A DNA stretch of 64,000 bases from Bacillota bacterium. GTDB taxonomy: Bacteria > Bacillota > JAAYKD01. Positions within the stretch are counted from its first letter, which is position 1. Every line of letters begins with the position of its first letter. The position numbers and the translations under genes were made by a program. The DNA is taken from NCBI GenBank assembly GCA_963666425.2, contig OY762825.2, forward strand, positions 1,120,001 to 1,184,000, given 5' to 3'. Below, piece by piece: positions 1 through 9,742 of the stretch. The notes under the pieces are model-generated. The model made no database searches. It worked only from the letters and a program-made list of their open reading frames with translations, and was not told where the DNA came from.

Positions 1-13
1 CCTGCCTGAAGCA

Positions 14-1357
14 ATGAGAAGAGCAGCCGCACCTCGGCTGCCGATGGTTTCGGAAATTGACCTCAGCCGTCATTACTCTGAATTGGAAAAACATATTCAT
101 GGGGTAAATGACGGTTTCTATCCCCTCGGTTCCTGTACAATGAAATACAATCCGCAGATCGATGAAGAAATCGCCGCCTTAGCGGGTTTTACCGGTGTCC
201 ATCCGCTGCAGCCCAGCGATACTGTCCAGGGCAGTCTTGAGGTTTTAACAGCTACCAAAGCGATTTTGTGTGAAATCACCGGTATGGATGATCTGACCTT
301 CCAACCGGCAGCCGGTGCGCACGGCGAATTGACCGGCATGCTGATGATCAAAGCTTATCATCAGAGCAAAGGCCAGAGCGAGCGCAACAAAATCATTGTA
401 CCGGATGCGGCGCATGGCACTAATCCAGCATCCGCCACTATGGCTGGTTTCACCGTGATCAGCATTGCCTCCAACGCCAAAGGCTGCGTCGATCTGGATT
501 TGCTGCGGCAGGCAGTCGGTCCTGATACAGCCGGGTTGATGCTAACCAATCCCAACACAGTGGGGATCTTTGATGAAAATATTCTGGAAATCACGAAAAT
601 CATCCATGAAGCCGGCGGCCTGAATTATTATGACGGCGCCAATCTCAACGCGATTATGGGCATTGTCCGTCCCGGTGAGATGGGTTTTGACGTCATTCAC
701 CTGAACCTGCATAAGTCCTTCGCCACACCGCATGGCGGTGGCGGACCCGGTTCGGGCCCGGTCGGCTGCAAGGCTTTTCTGGCTCCCTTTTTGCCGCTGA
801 ATCAGCCGGCCATCGCTGAGGATGGCACCTACTGCCTCAGTCAGCCGGAACAATCGATCGGCAGCGTCAAAGCCTTTTATGGCAATTTCCTGGTGGTGGT
901 CAAAGCGCTGACTTATCTCTTGACCTTAGGCGCCGAAGGGGTTCCCGAAGTCGCTGCCAATGCGGTTTTGAATGCCAATTACCTGCGCGTTCTCTTAGCC
1001 CAAAAATACGAGATTGCCTTCAATGGGATTTGTATGCACGAATTCGTGATCAGCCTGGCGCGTATGCATCAACAAAATGGTGTCTCTGCTATGGATATTG
1101 CCAAAGCAATTCTCGATAACGGCATGCATCCTCCCACCATGTATTTCCCGATGATTGTGGAAGAAGCGTTGATGGTAGAACCGACCGAGACAGAATCGAA
1201 AGAAACCCTGGATGCGGCCGCAGCCATTTACCTTGCCATTTATGACCAAGCCCTTGCCAATCCACAGTCTCTGCATGATGCCCCCATCACGACCCCAGTC
1301 CGCCGTTTGGATGAAGTCGGTGCCGCCCGCAACCCAAGAGTCAGATATCAATTCTAA
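14..1357 (+). CDS. gcvPB: Glycine dehydrogenase (decarboxylating) subunit 2, glycine cleavage P-protein beta; true start probably upstream of the window
   Basis: Motifs GFYPLGSCTMKYNP, QPAAGAHGE and the PLP-lysine motif HLNLHKSFATPHGGGGPGSGP; C-terminal TPVRRLDEV. Confidence 0.95.
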   Translation: MRRAAAPRLPMVSEIDLSRHYSELEKHIHGVNDGFYPLGSCTMKYNPQIDEEIAALAGFTGVHPLQPSDTVQGSLEVLTATKAILCEITGMDDLTFQPAAGAHGELTGMLMIKAYHQSKGQSERNKIIVPDAAHGTNPASATMAGFTVISIASNAKGCVDLDLLRQAVGPDTAGLMLTNPNTVGIFDENILEITKIIHEAGGLNYYDGANLNAIMGIVRPGEMGFDVIHLNLHKSFATPHGGGGPGSGPVGCKAFLAPFLPLNQPAIAEDGTYCLSQPEQSIGSVKAFYGNFLVVVKALTYLLTLGAEGVPEVAANAVLNANYLRVLLAQKYEIAFNGICMHEFVISLARMHQQNGVSAMDIAKAILDNGMHPPTMYFPMIVEEALMVEPTETESKETLDAAAAIYLAIYDQALANPQSLHDAPITTPVRRLDEVGAARNPRVRYQF

Positions 1358-1391
1358 CCGTATTGCTCAAGAAAAAGGAGAAACTGCTGCC

Positions 1392-2384
1392 ATGCTGGAA
1401 GCTTTAAAATACCTTGCCGTGCCGCAAACCGATCCTTATCATAATCTGGCTTTGGAGGAACATCTGCTGCGCAGCGTTCCTGATGATACCGTGATTCTCT
1501 ATCTTTGGCAGAATCAAAACACGGTAGTCATCGGACGAAACCAAAACGCCTGGCGTGAATGCAATGTCAGCCGCTTGGAACAGGACGGAGCCAGACTTGC
1601 CCGCCGTCTATCCGGCGGCGGCGCTGTTTTTCATGATTTAGGCAATTTGAATTTCACTTTTCTGGCTCAGAAACCCCTTTTTGATATCAATAAGCAATTG
1701 CAGGTCATCTTGCTTGCGCTAAAGCAATGGGGTCTTGCTGCCGAAATCAGCGGCCGCAACGATCTCACCATCGCAGGCAAGAAGTTCTCCGGCAATGCCT
1801 TTTACATGAGTCAAACGGGCTGTTATCATCATGGCACACTCCTGGTCGATGTTGATTTCAGCAACCTGCAGCAGTATCTGCAGGTTTCAGCAGAAAAATT
1901 GGCTGCCAAAGGCGTCGCTTCGGTCCAATCCAGAGTGGTGAATCTGGCGAGTCTCAATCCAAGCCTCACAGTAGAAAACCTGCAGCCGGCTCTGCTGCAG
2001 GCCTTTGCTGCGGTTTATGGCTTGCAGCCGCAGCCGATCGAATTATCACCGACCGACAAAGCGAATCTACTGCGGCTCAAAGAAAGATATGCCTCCTGGG
2101 ATTGGAATTATGGCCAACAGTTCCCTTTCAGCATCGAATGGGCAAACCGCTTTACTTGGGGTGAAATACAAATCCGCGTTCAGGTCAATCATGGCTGTAT
2201 CAGCGAAGCACATGTCTATACCGATGCCATGGCGGTCGATTTCGCCGCACAATTAGCCGCTTTATTCACGGGCTGCCCTTTGCAAAAAGACGCCCTGCAG
2301 AAGGCCTGTGCCGCACTGCCCTTAACCAACGACTTTACCGAAGCAATGCGCGTCCAAATTCAGAGTTTGTTTAATAACCTATAG
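1392..2384 (+). CDS. lplA: Lipoate-protein ligase A
   Basis: DPYHNLALEE, VVIGRNQNAWRE, RRLSGGGAVFHDLGN, KKFSGNA, HHGTLL. Start placed at ATG 1392 after AAGGAG rather than the ORF-track start at 1212. Confidence 0.93.
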   Translation: MLEALKYLAVPQTDPYHNLALEEHLLRSVPDDTVILYLWQNQNTVVIGRNQNAWRECNVSRLEQDGARLARRLSGGGAVFHDLGNLNFTFLAQKPLFDINKQLQVILLALKQWGLAAEISGRNDLTIAGKKFSGNAFYMSQTGCYHHGTLLVDVDFSNLQQYLQVSAEKLAAKGVASVQSRVVNLASLNPSLTVENLQPALLQAFAAVYGLQPQPIELSPTDKANLLRLKERYASWDWNYGQQFPFSIEWANRFTWGEIQIRVQVNHGCISEAHVYTDAMAVDFAAQLAALFTGCPLQKDALQKACAALPLTNDFTEAMRVQIQSLFNNL

Positions 2385-2402
2385 CGAGGAGAGATTGGAT
2401 CG

Positions 2403-3800
2403 ATGTCAGATAATTATCAATTAATGGTACTCGGCGCAGGTCCGGGTGGCTATGTGGCTGCCATCAAAGCGGCTCAATTAGGCCTGCACACCGCGCTGGT
2501 AGAAAAGGATTTGGTCGGCGGCACCTGCCTGAACCGCGGCTGCATTCCCACCAAAACGATCCTGCACAGTACTGAACTGCTCCGAGAACTGCGGGAAGCA
2601 GAAAAGCTTGGTATTCATGCAGACAACCTGGCTTTTGATTTCAACGTCCTGCATCAACGCAAAAATGAAGTGGTCAGCCAGCTTCGCTCCGGAATTGAAC
2701 AGCTCGTGAAAGCCAATCAAATTGATTTGATCCGGGGCAATGCCACCATTCTTGCAGCAAATAAGGTGAGAGTCGGCGCGCTGGAATATACAACCGAGCA
2801 TATACTGATTGCCACCGGTTCAGAGCCCGCCTTGCCGCCGATTCCCGGACTGAATCTGCCCAATGTCGTTACCAGCGATGATTTGCTTGGCAATCCCAAG
2901 GCGTTTTATCAGCGTCTGGTCATCATCGGCGGCGGTGTGATCGGGGTAGAATTTGCCGGTATCTTTGCTGCCTTAGACTGCCAGGTCTCAATCATTGAAG
3001 CGATGGATCGCATTCTACCGCAGATAGACCGTGAGGTCTCGCAAAATCTGACCATGATTTATAAAAAGCGCGGTATCGCAATCAACACCGGCTGCCGCGT
3101 GGAGAAAATTGAACAAGGAGAGAATGGTTTGATTTGCCGCTTCAGCAAACAGGATCAGAGTTTTGATCTGGAAGCAGACGGGGTTTTGGTCGCCATCGGC
3201 CGCAAAGCCAACACAGCCGGTCTCTTGACTGCTGGTTTGGATCTCAACCTGCAGCACGGTCAGATTCCGGTCAATGACCACTTTGAAACGTGCATTCCTG
3301 GTATTTACGCCATCGGTGATGTTGTTTATGGCAGCATTCAATTGGCTCATCTGGCTTCCGCGCAAGGCATCAATGCCGTCTCAGCCATTGCCGGTTTACC
3401 GATGCCGGTTGACAGCCAGACTGTCCCCTCCTGCATTTATACCCGCCCTGAAATTGCTACGGTTGGAATCAATGCCGATACCGCCAAAACCATGGGGCTT
3501 GCGGTAAAAGTCGGCAAATACTCCATGCTGGGCAACGGTAAATCCATCATCGCCCAAGCGGACCGCGGCTTTATCCGGATTGTCAGCGATGCCGAAACCG
3601 GTGTTATTTTAGGCGCTCAGCTGATGTGTGAACGGGCGACCGACATGATCAGCGAATTTACCACCGCTGTTACTAATCGCTTAACCGTGGAACAAATGAT
3701 CCGCGTTGTGCGGCCGCATCCTACCTTTAACGAAGCCGCCAGCGAAGCTTTGGAGGATATCTTGGGTAATGCCATCCATTCGGCGCCGAAAAGAAGGTAA
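2403..3800 (+). CDS. lpdA: Dihydrolipoyl dehydrogenase (E3 / L-protein)
   Basis: GAGPGGYVAA FAD motif, redox disulfide GGTCLNRGCIP, GGGVIG NAD motif, C-terminal HPTFNE. Confidence 0.95.
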   Translation: MSDNYQLMVLGAGPGGYVAAIKAAQLGLHTALVEKDLVGGTCLNRGCIPTKTILHSTELLRELREAEKLGIHADNLAFDFNVLHQRKNEVVSQLRSGIEQLVKANQIDLIRGNATILAANKVRVGALEYTTEHILIATGSEPALPPIPGLNLPNVVTSDDLLGNPKAFYQRLVIIGGGVIGVEFAGIFAALDCQVSIIEAMDRILPQIDREVSQNLTMIYKKRGIAINTGCRVEKIEQGENGLICRFSKQDQSFDLEADGVLVAIGRKANTAGLLTAGLDLNLQHGQIPVNDHFETCIPGIYAIGDVVYGSIQLAHLASAQGINAVSAIAGLPMPVDSQTVPSCIYTRPEIATVGINADTAKTMGLAVKVGKYSMLGNGKSIIAQADRGFIRIVSDAETGVILGAQLMCERATDMISEFTTAVTNRLTVEQMIRVVRPHPTFNEAASEALEDILGNAIHSAPKRR

Positions 3801-3818
3801 GTAAAGTTCAAATTGAGC

Positions 3819-3877
3819 AAAGGTGCTGTCCTGACCTGTGTCTTAAAAAACGCAGGTCGGGCAGCACTTTTTATTTT
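3819..3877 (+). terminator. Rho-independent terminator after lpdA
   Basis: Stem AAGGTGCTGTCCTGACCTG / CAGGTCGGGCAGCACTTTT followed by a T-rich run. Confidence 0.8.
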
Positions 3878-3923
3878 ATACAAAAGGAATGTGTTTTATT
3901 TACTGCTATTTGCTTTTTATGTC

Positions 3924-3952
3924 TTTACAAGAAAACTGTATCATGTTAATAT
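3924..3952 (+). promoter_or_regulatory. Putative sigmaA promoter of the MFS gene
   Basis: TTTACA-17bp-TAATAT with a TG extended -10. Confidence 0.45.
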
Positions 3953-3986
3953 TACGTTAATGGAAATAATCCGCTGATGCAAAGGA

Positions 3987-5240
3987 ATGAATGCAATGAA
4001 GGCTATGCCCAGTAAGGGGAATCCCTTTTCCGCACTGCGTTACCCCAATTTTCGCTTATTCTGGTCCGGCAGAGCCATCAGTTTGATTGGCTCTTGGGTC
4101 CAGCGTGCCAGTCAATCCTGGCTGGTTCTGCAAATGACCAATTCACCCTTAAAACTTGGTTTGGTCAATGCCGCCCAGTTTTTGCCTTTTATTTTTCTTT
4201 CACTTTACGCCGGCGTTTTGATTGACCGCGTATCTAAACGCACTGTTATCCTTTGGACGCAGATTGGTCTGACCATTCAAGCGCTGATTTTAGCGTTTCT
4301 GGTCTACACACACACTGTACAATATTGGCATATTCTCTGCTTGGCATTGCTGCAAGGAATCTGCACTTCTTTTGATAACCCCGCCCGACAATCCATGGTC
4401 AGCGATATCGTGCCCCGTGAAGAGGTGCTGAACGCAGTCTCTCTGAATTCTGCCATTGTCAATGGAGCCCGTATCGTCGGACCGGCGATTGGCGGTTTGG
4501 CCATGGATTTTTTTGGCGCCGCTCTCTCCTTTCTGCTTAATGCGATCAGCTTTCTCTTTGTCATCGCTGCTTTGCTGTTGATGAAAATGCCCGCCAAAGC
4601 TGCAAATAACAAACCCAAAAACACACTGGGAGATATTAAAGAAGGCCTCAGTTACGCCATTAAAACACCAACCGTCCGCAATGTATTGGGCATGGTCAGC
4701 TTAACCAGTATGTTTGCTTTAAATCTCAACGTGCTGGTCCCGGTCTTTGCCAGTCAGGTTCTGCATATGAGTGCCACCGGTTATGGCATCTTGATGTCCT
4801 CCATGGGTGCCGGTGCGGTGCTGGGCGCAGTAGTGCTAGCCTCCTTATCTTATAACGGACCGCAAACCCTGTTTATTTACTTGGGTGCTTCACTGGTTTG
4901 CCTCTTGGAAATGACCATGCTTCTGCCCCATACTTTTATTACAGCCTCGATCGTCATGTTTTTTATCGGTATCACCCAGATCACCTATAGCGCTACCTGT
5001 AATTCCACGCTGCAGCTGACCGCCCCCGATCACCTGCGCGGGCGCGTGATGTCACTTTACTCCATGCTCAACGGCGGCGTTACTCCCTTTGGCAATACCA
5101 TTGCCGGAGGAATCGCTGAATTCGCCGGGGCGGGTGTTGGTTTCTTCTTCTGTGGTTTCTGTGGTTTACTCTGTTCCGTATTTTTATACAGTCAGCAGCG
5201 CAAACATGCTAATGATCTGCCGCTGGAAACAAACAATTAA
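3987..5240 (+). CDS. MFS transporter (MFS_3 / DHA3 H+ antiporter-like)
   Basis: About 12 hydrophobic segments; ALRYPNFRLFW start, GVLIDRVSKR motif A, SFDNPARQSMV, PDHLRGRVMSLY. Confidence 0.88.
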   Translation: MNAMKAMPSKGNPFSALRYPNFRLFWSGRAISLIGSWVQRASQSWLVLQMTNSPLKLGLVNAAQFLPFIFLSLYAGVLIDRVSKRTVILWTQIGLTIQALILAFLVYTHTVQYWHILCLALLQGICTSFDNPARQSMVSDIVPREEVLNAVSLNSAIVNGARIVGPAIGGLAMDFFGAALSFLLNAISFLFVIAALLLMKMPAKAANNKPKNTLGDIKEGLSYAIKTPTVRNVLGMVSLTSMFALNLNVLVPVFASQVLHMSATGYGILMSSMGAGAVLGAVVLASLSYNGPQTLFIYLGASLVCLLEMTMLLPHTFITASIVMFFIGITQITYSATCNSTLQLTAPDHLRGRVMSLYSMLNGGVTPFGNTIAGGIAEFAGAGVGFFFCGFCGLLCSVFLYSQQRKHANDLPLETNN

Positions 5241-5293
5241 AGCAAATCTAAAACTTGGCGCTGCCTGAAGAGCCGCAGTCATCGAGTAAAAAT

Positions 5294-5328
5294 AAGCAGA
5301 TCCGTAAATCGATACGGATCTGCTTTTT
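5294..5328. terminator. Bidirectional terminator between the convergent MFS and Fpg-like genes
   Basis: Perfect stem AAGCAGATCCGTA / TACGGATCTGCTT with A- and T-tracts on the flanks. Confidence 0.85.
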
Positions 5329-5355
5329 AAATTTCTAGTGATCACTCGATGCGTT

Positions 5356-6186
5356 TCACTTCTGGCATGCTTTCTGGCAATTCGGGCAAAAATAGATGCT
5401 GCCGCCTAAATAAGCTTCTTTACTCAGCACTCCACCACAGAGTGGACAGGGTTGAGTAAGGCGATTCTTTGACATTTTTGTACGATAACCGCCAGGCTGA
5501 CCAAAAATATTTCGTTCCGTATCCCTGCCGCCACGCTCTGTCATCTCCTTCAGTGTGGTTTTGACAGATTGATAAAGCCTGCGTAAATCTGCTTCTGTTA
5601 AGTTCTGCAACTTGCATTTTGGGTGGATTGCTACCTGCCAAAGAATATCCTGCAGCACGCCGTTGCCGAGACCTGGAATACGTTGTTCCGTTGCAAGAAA
5701 AGCCTTAGCAGAAAGCGATTTTTTCGCCGGTATCAGCTGTTGGAAATAATTCCAGTCGAATTCTTCCCGCAGCGGAGAAATCGCTGCTCGGGAACCCAAA
5801 TAATACGAATTGGCATAACTGCCTTCTGTAAATGCCATGATACCGCCATACATTTGTACCGTGACATACAAAGCGCTGCCATTATCAAATATCAGCTCAA
5901 GCTGATGTTTGGCTGGGGGTTTTTCATTAACCGCAATATAATGCAGGATAGCACCGTCGTTCACCACCAAACGCAGTTGGCCCAACTGCAGTTCCACCAT
6001 ACCGCCGAAGGAAACTGCCCTGTCCAATGTCAATCCAAGCAATAAGGTGGGATAAGCTTCTGCATCACCATGAAAAAAAGCAAATTTGTGAGGAGACTGA
6101 TTCACCGTCACCCTGGTCACCGTTCTCCCGGTCAATACTGCATTGATTTGTTGAGCGGCTGTCACCGCTTCCGGTAATTCGTACAT
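5356..6186 (-). CDS. Fpg/Nei (endonuclease VIII-like) DNA glycosylase family protein
   Basis: N-terminal xELPE, H2TH motif IPGLGNGVLQDIL, C-terminal zinc finger CPLC...FCPNCQ. Confidence 0.85.
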   Translation of the reverse strand: MYELPEAVTAAQQINAVLTGRTVTRVTVNQSPHKFAFFHGDAEAYPTLLLGLTLDRAVSFGGMVELQLGQLRLVVNDGAILHYIAVNEKPPAKHQLELIFDNGSALYVTVQMYGGIMAFTEGSYANSYYLGSRAAISPLREEFDWNYFQQLIPAKKSLSAKAFLATEQRIPGLGNGVLQDILWQVAIHPKCKLQNLTEADLRRLYQSVKTTLKEMTERGGRDTERNIFGQPGGYRTKMSKNRLTQPCPLCGGVLSKEAYLGGSIYFCPNCQKACQK

Positions 6187-6210
6187 CGTGCAAACCTCCC
6201 TTTCTTCTGT

Positions 6211-7389
6211 TTACCAAACGATCCTGCGGTACTGTTCGGCATCGGTATCCCCTTCGGTGCTGAATACCAGCACACGCGATGTTTCATCGAGACCCAAACG
6301 GCTGCGCCAGACAGCATTGCGCGGATGCAGTAAGAGCTGCATAGCAAAAGCAAAGCCGGCGGCACCGCTTTCCCCCGAGATCACCTGACGATCGCCTCTG
6401 AGGGGATTACCCAGAATTCGCATCCCTTCGGCGGCTGCCGCATCGGTAATGGAGGCAAACCAATCCGCTTCCGCCTGTAAAATCGGCCAGGCCAGCGGAT
6501 TCGGTTCCCCACAAGCCAGTCCTGCCATGATTGTTTTCAGATCGCCGTCAACGAAATGCAAGATGCCGTCGTTCGCTTTGACCGTCCGGTAGAGACAATC
6601 GGCTGCGTCTGCTTCCACAACAATACAGATCGGCTGTGCTTTGCCGCAGACTTGTCGAAAAAAGCCAATCACCGCCGCCGCCAAAGAGCCGACACCCGCC
6701 TGAATAACAATATGAGTAGGCAAACGCCCGTTTAGCTGCTGCAACGCCTCCAATGCCATTGTTGTATAACCCTGCATAATCCAGCAAGGAATCTGTTCAT
6801 AACCTGGCCAAGCGGTGTCCTGCACCACCACCCAGCCGTTTTCGTCCGCCTTCCGCTTTGCCAGCCGAACCGCCTGATCATAATTCAGTTCAGTGATTTC
6901 CGCCCTGGCTCCTGTTTCGCGTATTCGCTGCAAACGTTCCGGTGAACTGCCCTTCGGCAAATAAACAACTGCCGGCTGACCCAATTGAGCTGCCGTCCAA
7001 GCAACGCCACGGCCATGATTTCCATCGGTCGCAGTAACAAAAGTGATCTTTCCCAATTGCCTCTGCACAGATTCAGAAGTAAGTTCCTGATAACTCAGCT
7101 GCTGTGGCTGCCAGTGCAGACGTTCTGCCAGATAGCTTCCGATCGCAAAACTGCCGCCCAAAACTTTAAAGGCATTCAAACCAAAGCGGTAAGATTCATC
7201 TTTCAGCCAAATGTCCGAAACACCGCAATGCTTTGCCAGCGAAGACAGACACAGCAGTGGAGTTGGCTGGTAGTGAGGAAAACTATTATGAAAATGCTGC
7301 GCTGTGGCAGCTGCTTCTAAATTTAGCCAAGCGGGCAGCTCCTGCCTGCTGTTCCTAAGCCGATTCGCAATACATCGAAATTTTCTCAT
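6211..7389 (-). CDS. dpaL: Diaminopropionate ammonia-lyase
   Basis: KDESYRFGLNAFKVLGG (PLP lysine), TATDGNHGRGVAW, QDTAWPGY, MAGLACGE, ISGESGAAG, STEGDTD. Confidence 0.92.
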   Translation of the reverse strand: MRKFRCIANRLRNSRQELPAWLNLEAAATAQHFHNSFPHYQPTPLLCLSSLAKHCGVSDIWLKDESYRFGLNAFKVLGGSFAIGSYLAERLHWQPQQLSYQELTSESVQRQLGKITFVTATDGNHGRGVAWTAAQLGQPAVVYLPKGSSPERLQRIRETGARAEITELNYDQAVRLAKRKADENGWVVVQDTAWPGYEQIPCWIMQGYTTMALEALQQLNGRLPTHIVIQAGVGSLAAAVIGFFRQVCGKAQPICIVVEADAADCLYRTVKANDGILHFVDGDLKTIMAGLACGEPNPLAWPILQAEADWFASITDAAAAEGMRILGNPLRGDRQVISGESGAAGFAFAMQLLLHPRNAVWRSRLGLDETSRVLVFSTEGDTDAEQYRRIVW

Positions 7390-7646
7390 CGAATCCCCCC
7401 TAATTGCTCATTTCTTACCGATTAAAAATCCCAAAAACTTGGTTTGACTGCATCAAATCATTTTTAAAATTCGTTCTGGCTGCCGCCAATCCCTTTCCGT
7501 TAATTGGAAATCTATCCTATTTTTGAGTTTGCTGTAATTCTGGATTTCTGTAGCATGTTATGTTATACTTTGAAAAAGCCACTCAAGATCAGTATTGAAC
7601 AGCAACTTTATCAGCCGATGATTGAAATGAAAGCAGGTATTTTCCA

Positions 7647-9014
7647 ATGCATGAATTGACTCAATTAATCTATGATGATATGAAACCGGCTTTGGGTGTT
7701 ACCGAGCCGGGTGCCATCGCCTTTGCCAGCGCTTTAGCCCGCAGCTATACGCACGGGAAGATTGAGAAAATCGAGCTCAGTCTCAACTCCGGCATCTATA
7801 AGAATGCTTTCACCTGCGGTATCCCCAATACCAGTGAGGTGGGCAATCTTTATGCGGCAGCCTTGGGAGCTGCTGTGAACCAACCCGAGAAAGGCTTGCA
7901 GCTCTTAGGTGAAATCACCGCAGCCGACCGCCAAACAGCCGATCAACTTCTCTTAGAAAAACGCGTCAGCGCCATGGTCAGCGGCATCAGTCCCGAAATC
8001 TATATTTCTGCGACGGTGATTACCGTCAATGACCGCTGCCGCGTGATCATCCGCGATAAACATACCAATGTCTGCGCAATTCTAGTCAACGATCAGATGA
8101 TACAAGCCGAAGCTTATCTAAACACCTTGCTTCCCCAACCGATTCCAGAAAACACTCCATCGCAAAGCTCTGCTCTTCTTGCCGATCAGGAACTCCCTTT
8201 GCCACAAAGTGCTGCTCCTCCTGCCGATCAGGAAGATGTTTTAATCCATCGTTACAGCCTGAAAGAACTGCTTTCCTTTATTGAAACAGTAAAACCCGAA
8301 GAAATTGCCTTCATTGAAAATGCTTATCACATGAATGAAGAACTGTTTTTAGCTGGTTTGCATTCTGAGCGCACAACCTTCAGCCCACTACTGTTCCATC
8401 AGAACAACGATAAAGTCTTTTCAGACGATGAATTAGCTACCGCACAATTGCTATGCAACGCAGCCATCGAAGCCAGAGTAATCGGACTGGAAAAACCGGC
8501 TATGAGCATTACCGGCAGCGGCGCCCATGGCATCATCGCCACCATGCCGCTTTATGCTGTCCAAAAAATCAATCACTACTCCCAGGAGAATTTATACCGT
8601 GCTACGGCTTTGAGTTATCTGATCACCATGTATATCAAGGAATATTCCGGACGACTGTCCGCTTTCTGCGGCTGTGGTATTGCTGCCGGCACCGGAATGG
8701 CTTGTGCCGTCGCGTGGCTGAAAGGTGCAACCGATACTCAAATGGAAAAAGTCATCTGCAACATGGCATGCGGTATTACCGGAATGATCTGTGACGGAGG
8801 TAATCAGGGCTGCACCATGAAAGGGATCGTAGCGGTCGATGCCGCCTTTCGCGCAGTTGAGTTTGCTCTGCAGGATGTTTCCGTTGCACCACAGCATGGC
8901 ATCAATGGTTTGACACCGGAAGATACCATGCGCAATATGGGCTTGATTGCTTCCCCCGGCATGATCGCAACCGAAAAAACAATCATCGAAATCATGGAAA
9001 GTAAAATAAAATAA
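7647..9014 (+). CDS. L-cysteine desulfidase CyuA/YhaM-like (serine dehydratase alpha, UPF0597 family)
   Basis: PALGVTEP, MSITGSGAHG, GRLSAFCGC and GMICDGGNQGC Fe-S cysteine motifs. Confidence 0.85.
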   Translation: MHELTQLIYDDMKPALGVTEPGAIAFASALARSYTHGKIEKIELSLNSGIYKNAFTCGIPNTSEVGNLYAAALGAAVNQPEKGLQLLGEITAADRQTADQLLLEKRVSAMVSGISPEIYISATVITVNDRCRVIIRDKHTNVCAILVNDQMIQAEAYLNTLLPQPIPENTPSQSSALLADQELPLPQSAAPPADQEDVLIHRYSLKELLSFIETVKPEEIAFIENAYHMNEELFLAGLHSERTTFSPLLFHQNNDKVFSDDELATAQLLCNAAIEARVIGLEKPAMSITGSGAHGIIATMPLYAVQKINHYSQENLYRATALSYLITMYIKEYSGRLSAFCGCGIAAGTGMACAVAWLKGATDTQMEKVICNMACGITGMICDGGNQGCTMKGIVAVDAAFRAVEFALQDVSVAPQHGINGLTPEDTMRNMGLIASPGMIATEKTIIEIMESKIK

Positions 9015-9056
9015 AATTCTACCCATCCTCTTCACTCCACATCAGCTCACCGCTCA

Positions 9057-9640
9057 GAACACCGGCGTGTCCTCCTCGATGCTCCTTGCCAATCACCATC
9101 AGCCTACCATCCCGAACTCCGGCGGTATCCCGCAGGCGGCCTATGCGCTCGCGCATGAGACGCCGGAAGGATGCTGCCGGAGTTTGTTTGCAAACTCGAA
9201 ACTCATATCAACACCTCTACGTTCTCTCGCGTACAAGCAAAGGAAGTTACTTTGCCCTACCTTCCCGAACTCCGGCGGTATCCTGCAGGCGGCCTATGCG
9301 CTCGCGCATGAGACGCCGGAAGGATACTGCCGGTGTTTGTTTGCAAACTCGAAACTCATATCAACACCTCTACGTTCTCTCGCGTATAAGCAAAGGAAGG
9401 TACTTTGCCCTACCTTCAGAACGCCGGCGGTGTCCTGCAGGCGGCCTATGCGCTCGCGCATGAGACGCCGGAAGGATACTGCCGGTGTTCGTCTACACTC
9501 TCTAAAAAGTATGGTCCCCGTCCCTAGCCCTCATTCACCTCAATCTCCATCAGCCTGCCGCACAGAACACCAGTGGTGTCCTGCAGGCGGCCTATGCGCT
9601 CGCGCATGAGACGCCGGAAGGATACCACCGGTGTTCGTTT
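9057..9640 (+). repeat. Tandem array of four ~72-bp palindromic hairpin units (starts ~9114, 9267, 9419, 9565; period 146-153 bp) plus a partial 5' arm at 9057
   Basis: Core gaacNccggcggtatcc-tgca-ggcggcctatgcgctcgcgcatgagacgcc-ggaa-ggatactgccggtgttc recurs four times; the first two linkers are near-identical. Confidence 0.92.
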
Positions 9641-9695
9641 ACAAGCCTGGAATTCATATATCCCCATCTCCCCGTTTTCTTTCCGCGTACATAAC

Positions 9696-9736
9696 AAAAG
9701 AAAGCATTCAAGCTTACGCATGAATGCTTTCTCTTG
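9696..9736. terminator. Terminator downstream of 5S rRNA (probably bidirectional)
   Basis: Stem AGAAAGCATTCA / TGAATGCTTTCT. Confidence 0.8.
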
Positions 9737-9742
9737 TTGTTT

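Noticed and set aside
1212-1391. N-terminal extensions in the ORF track (lplA; also groS, tsaE, rimI, istA)
   Set aside because: They overlap neighbouring genes or regulatory sites; downstream ATGs with clear RBSs fit family lengths better.
9057-9640. Hairpin array as a CRISPR array
   Set aside because: Repeats (~72 bp) and linkers (~75-80 bp) are too long, two linkers are near-identical rather than unique, and there are no cas genes in the window.
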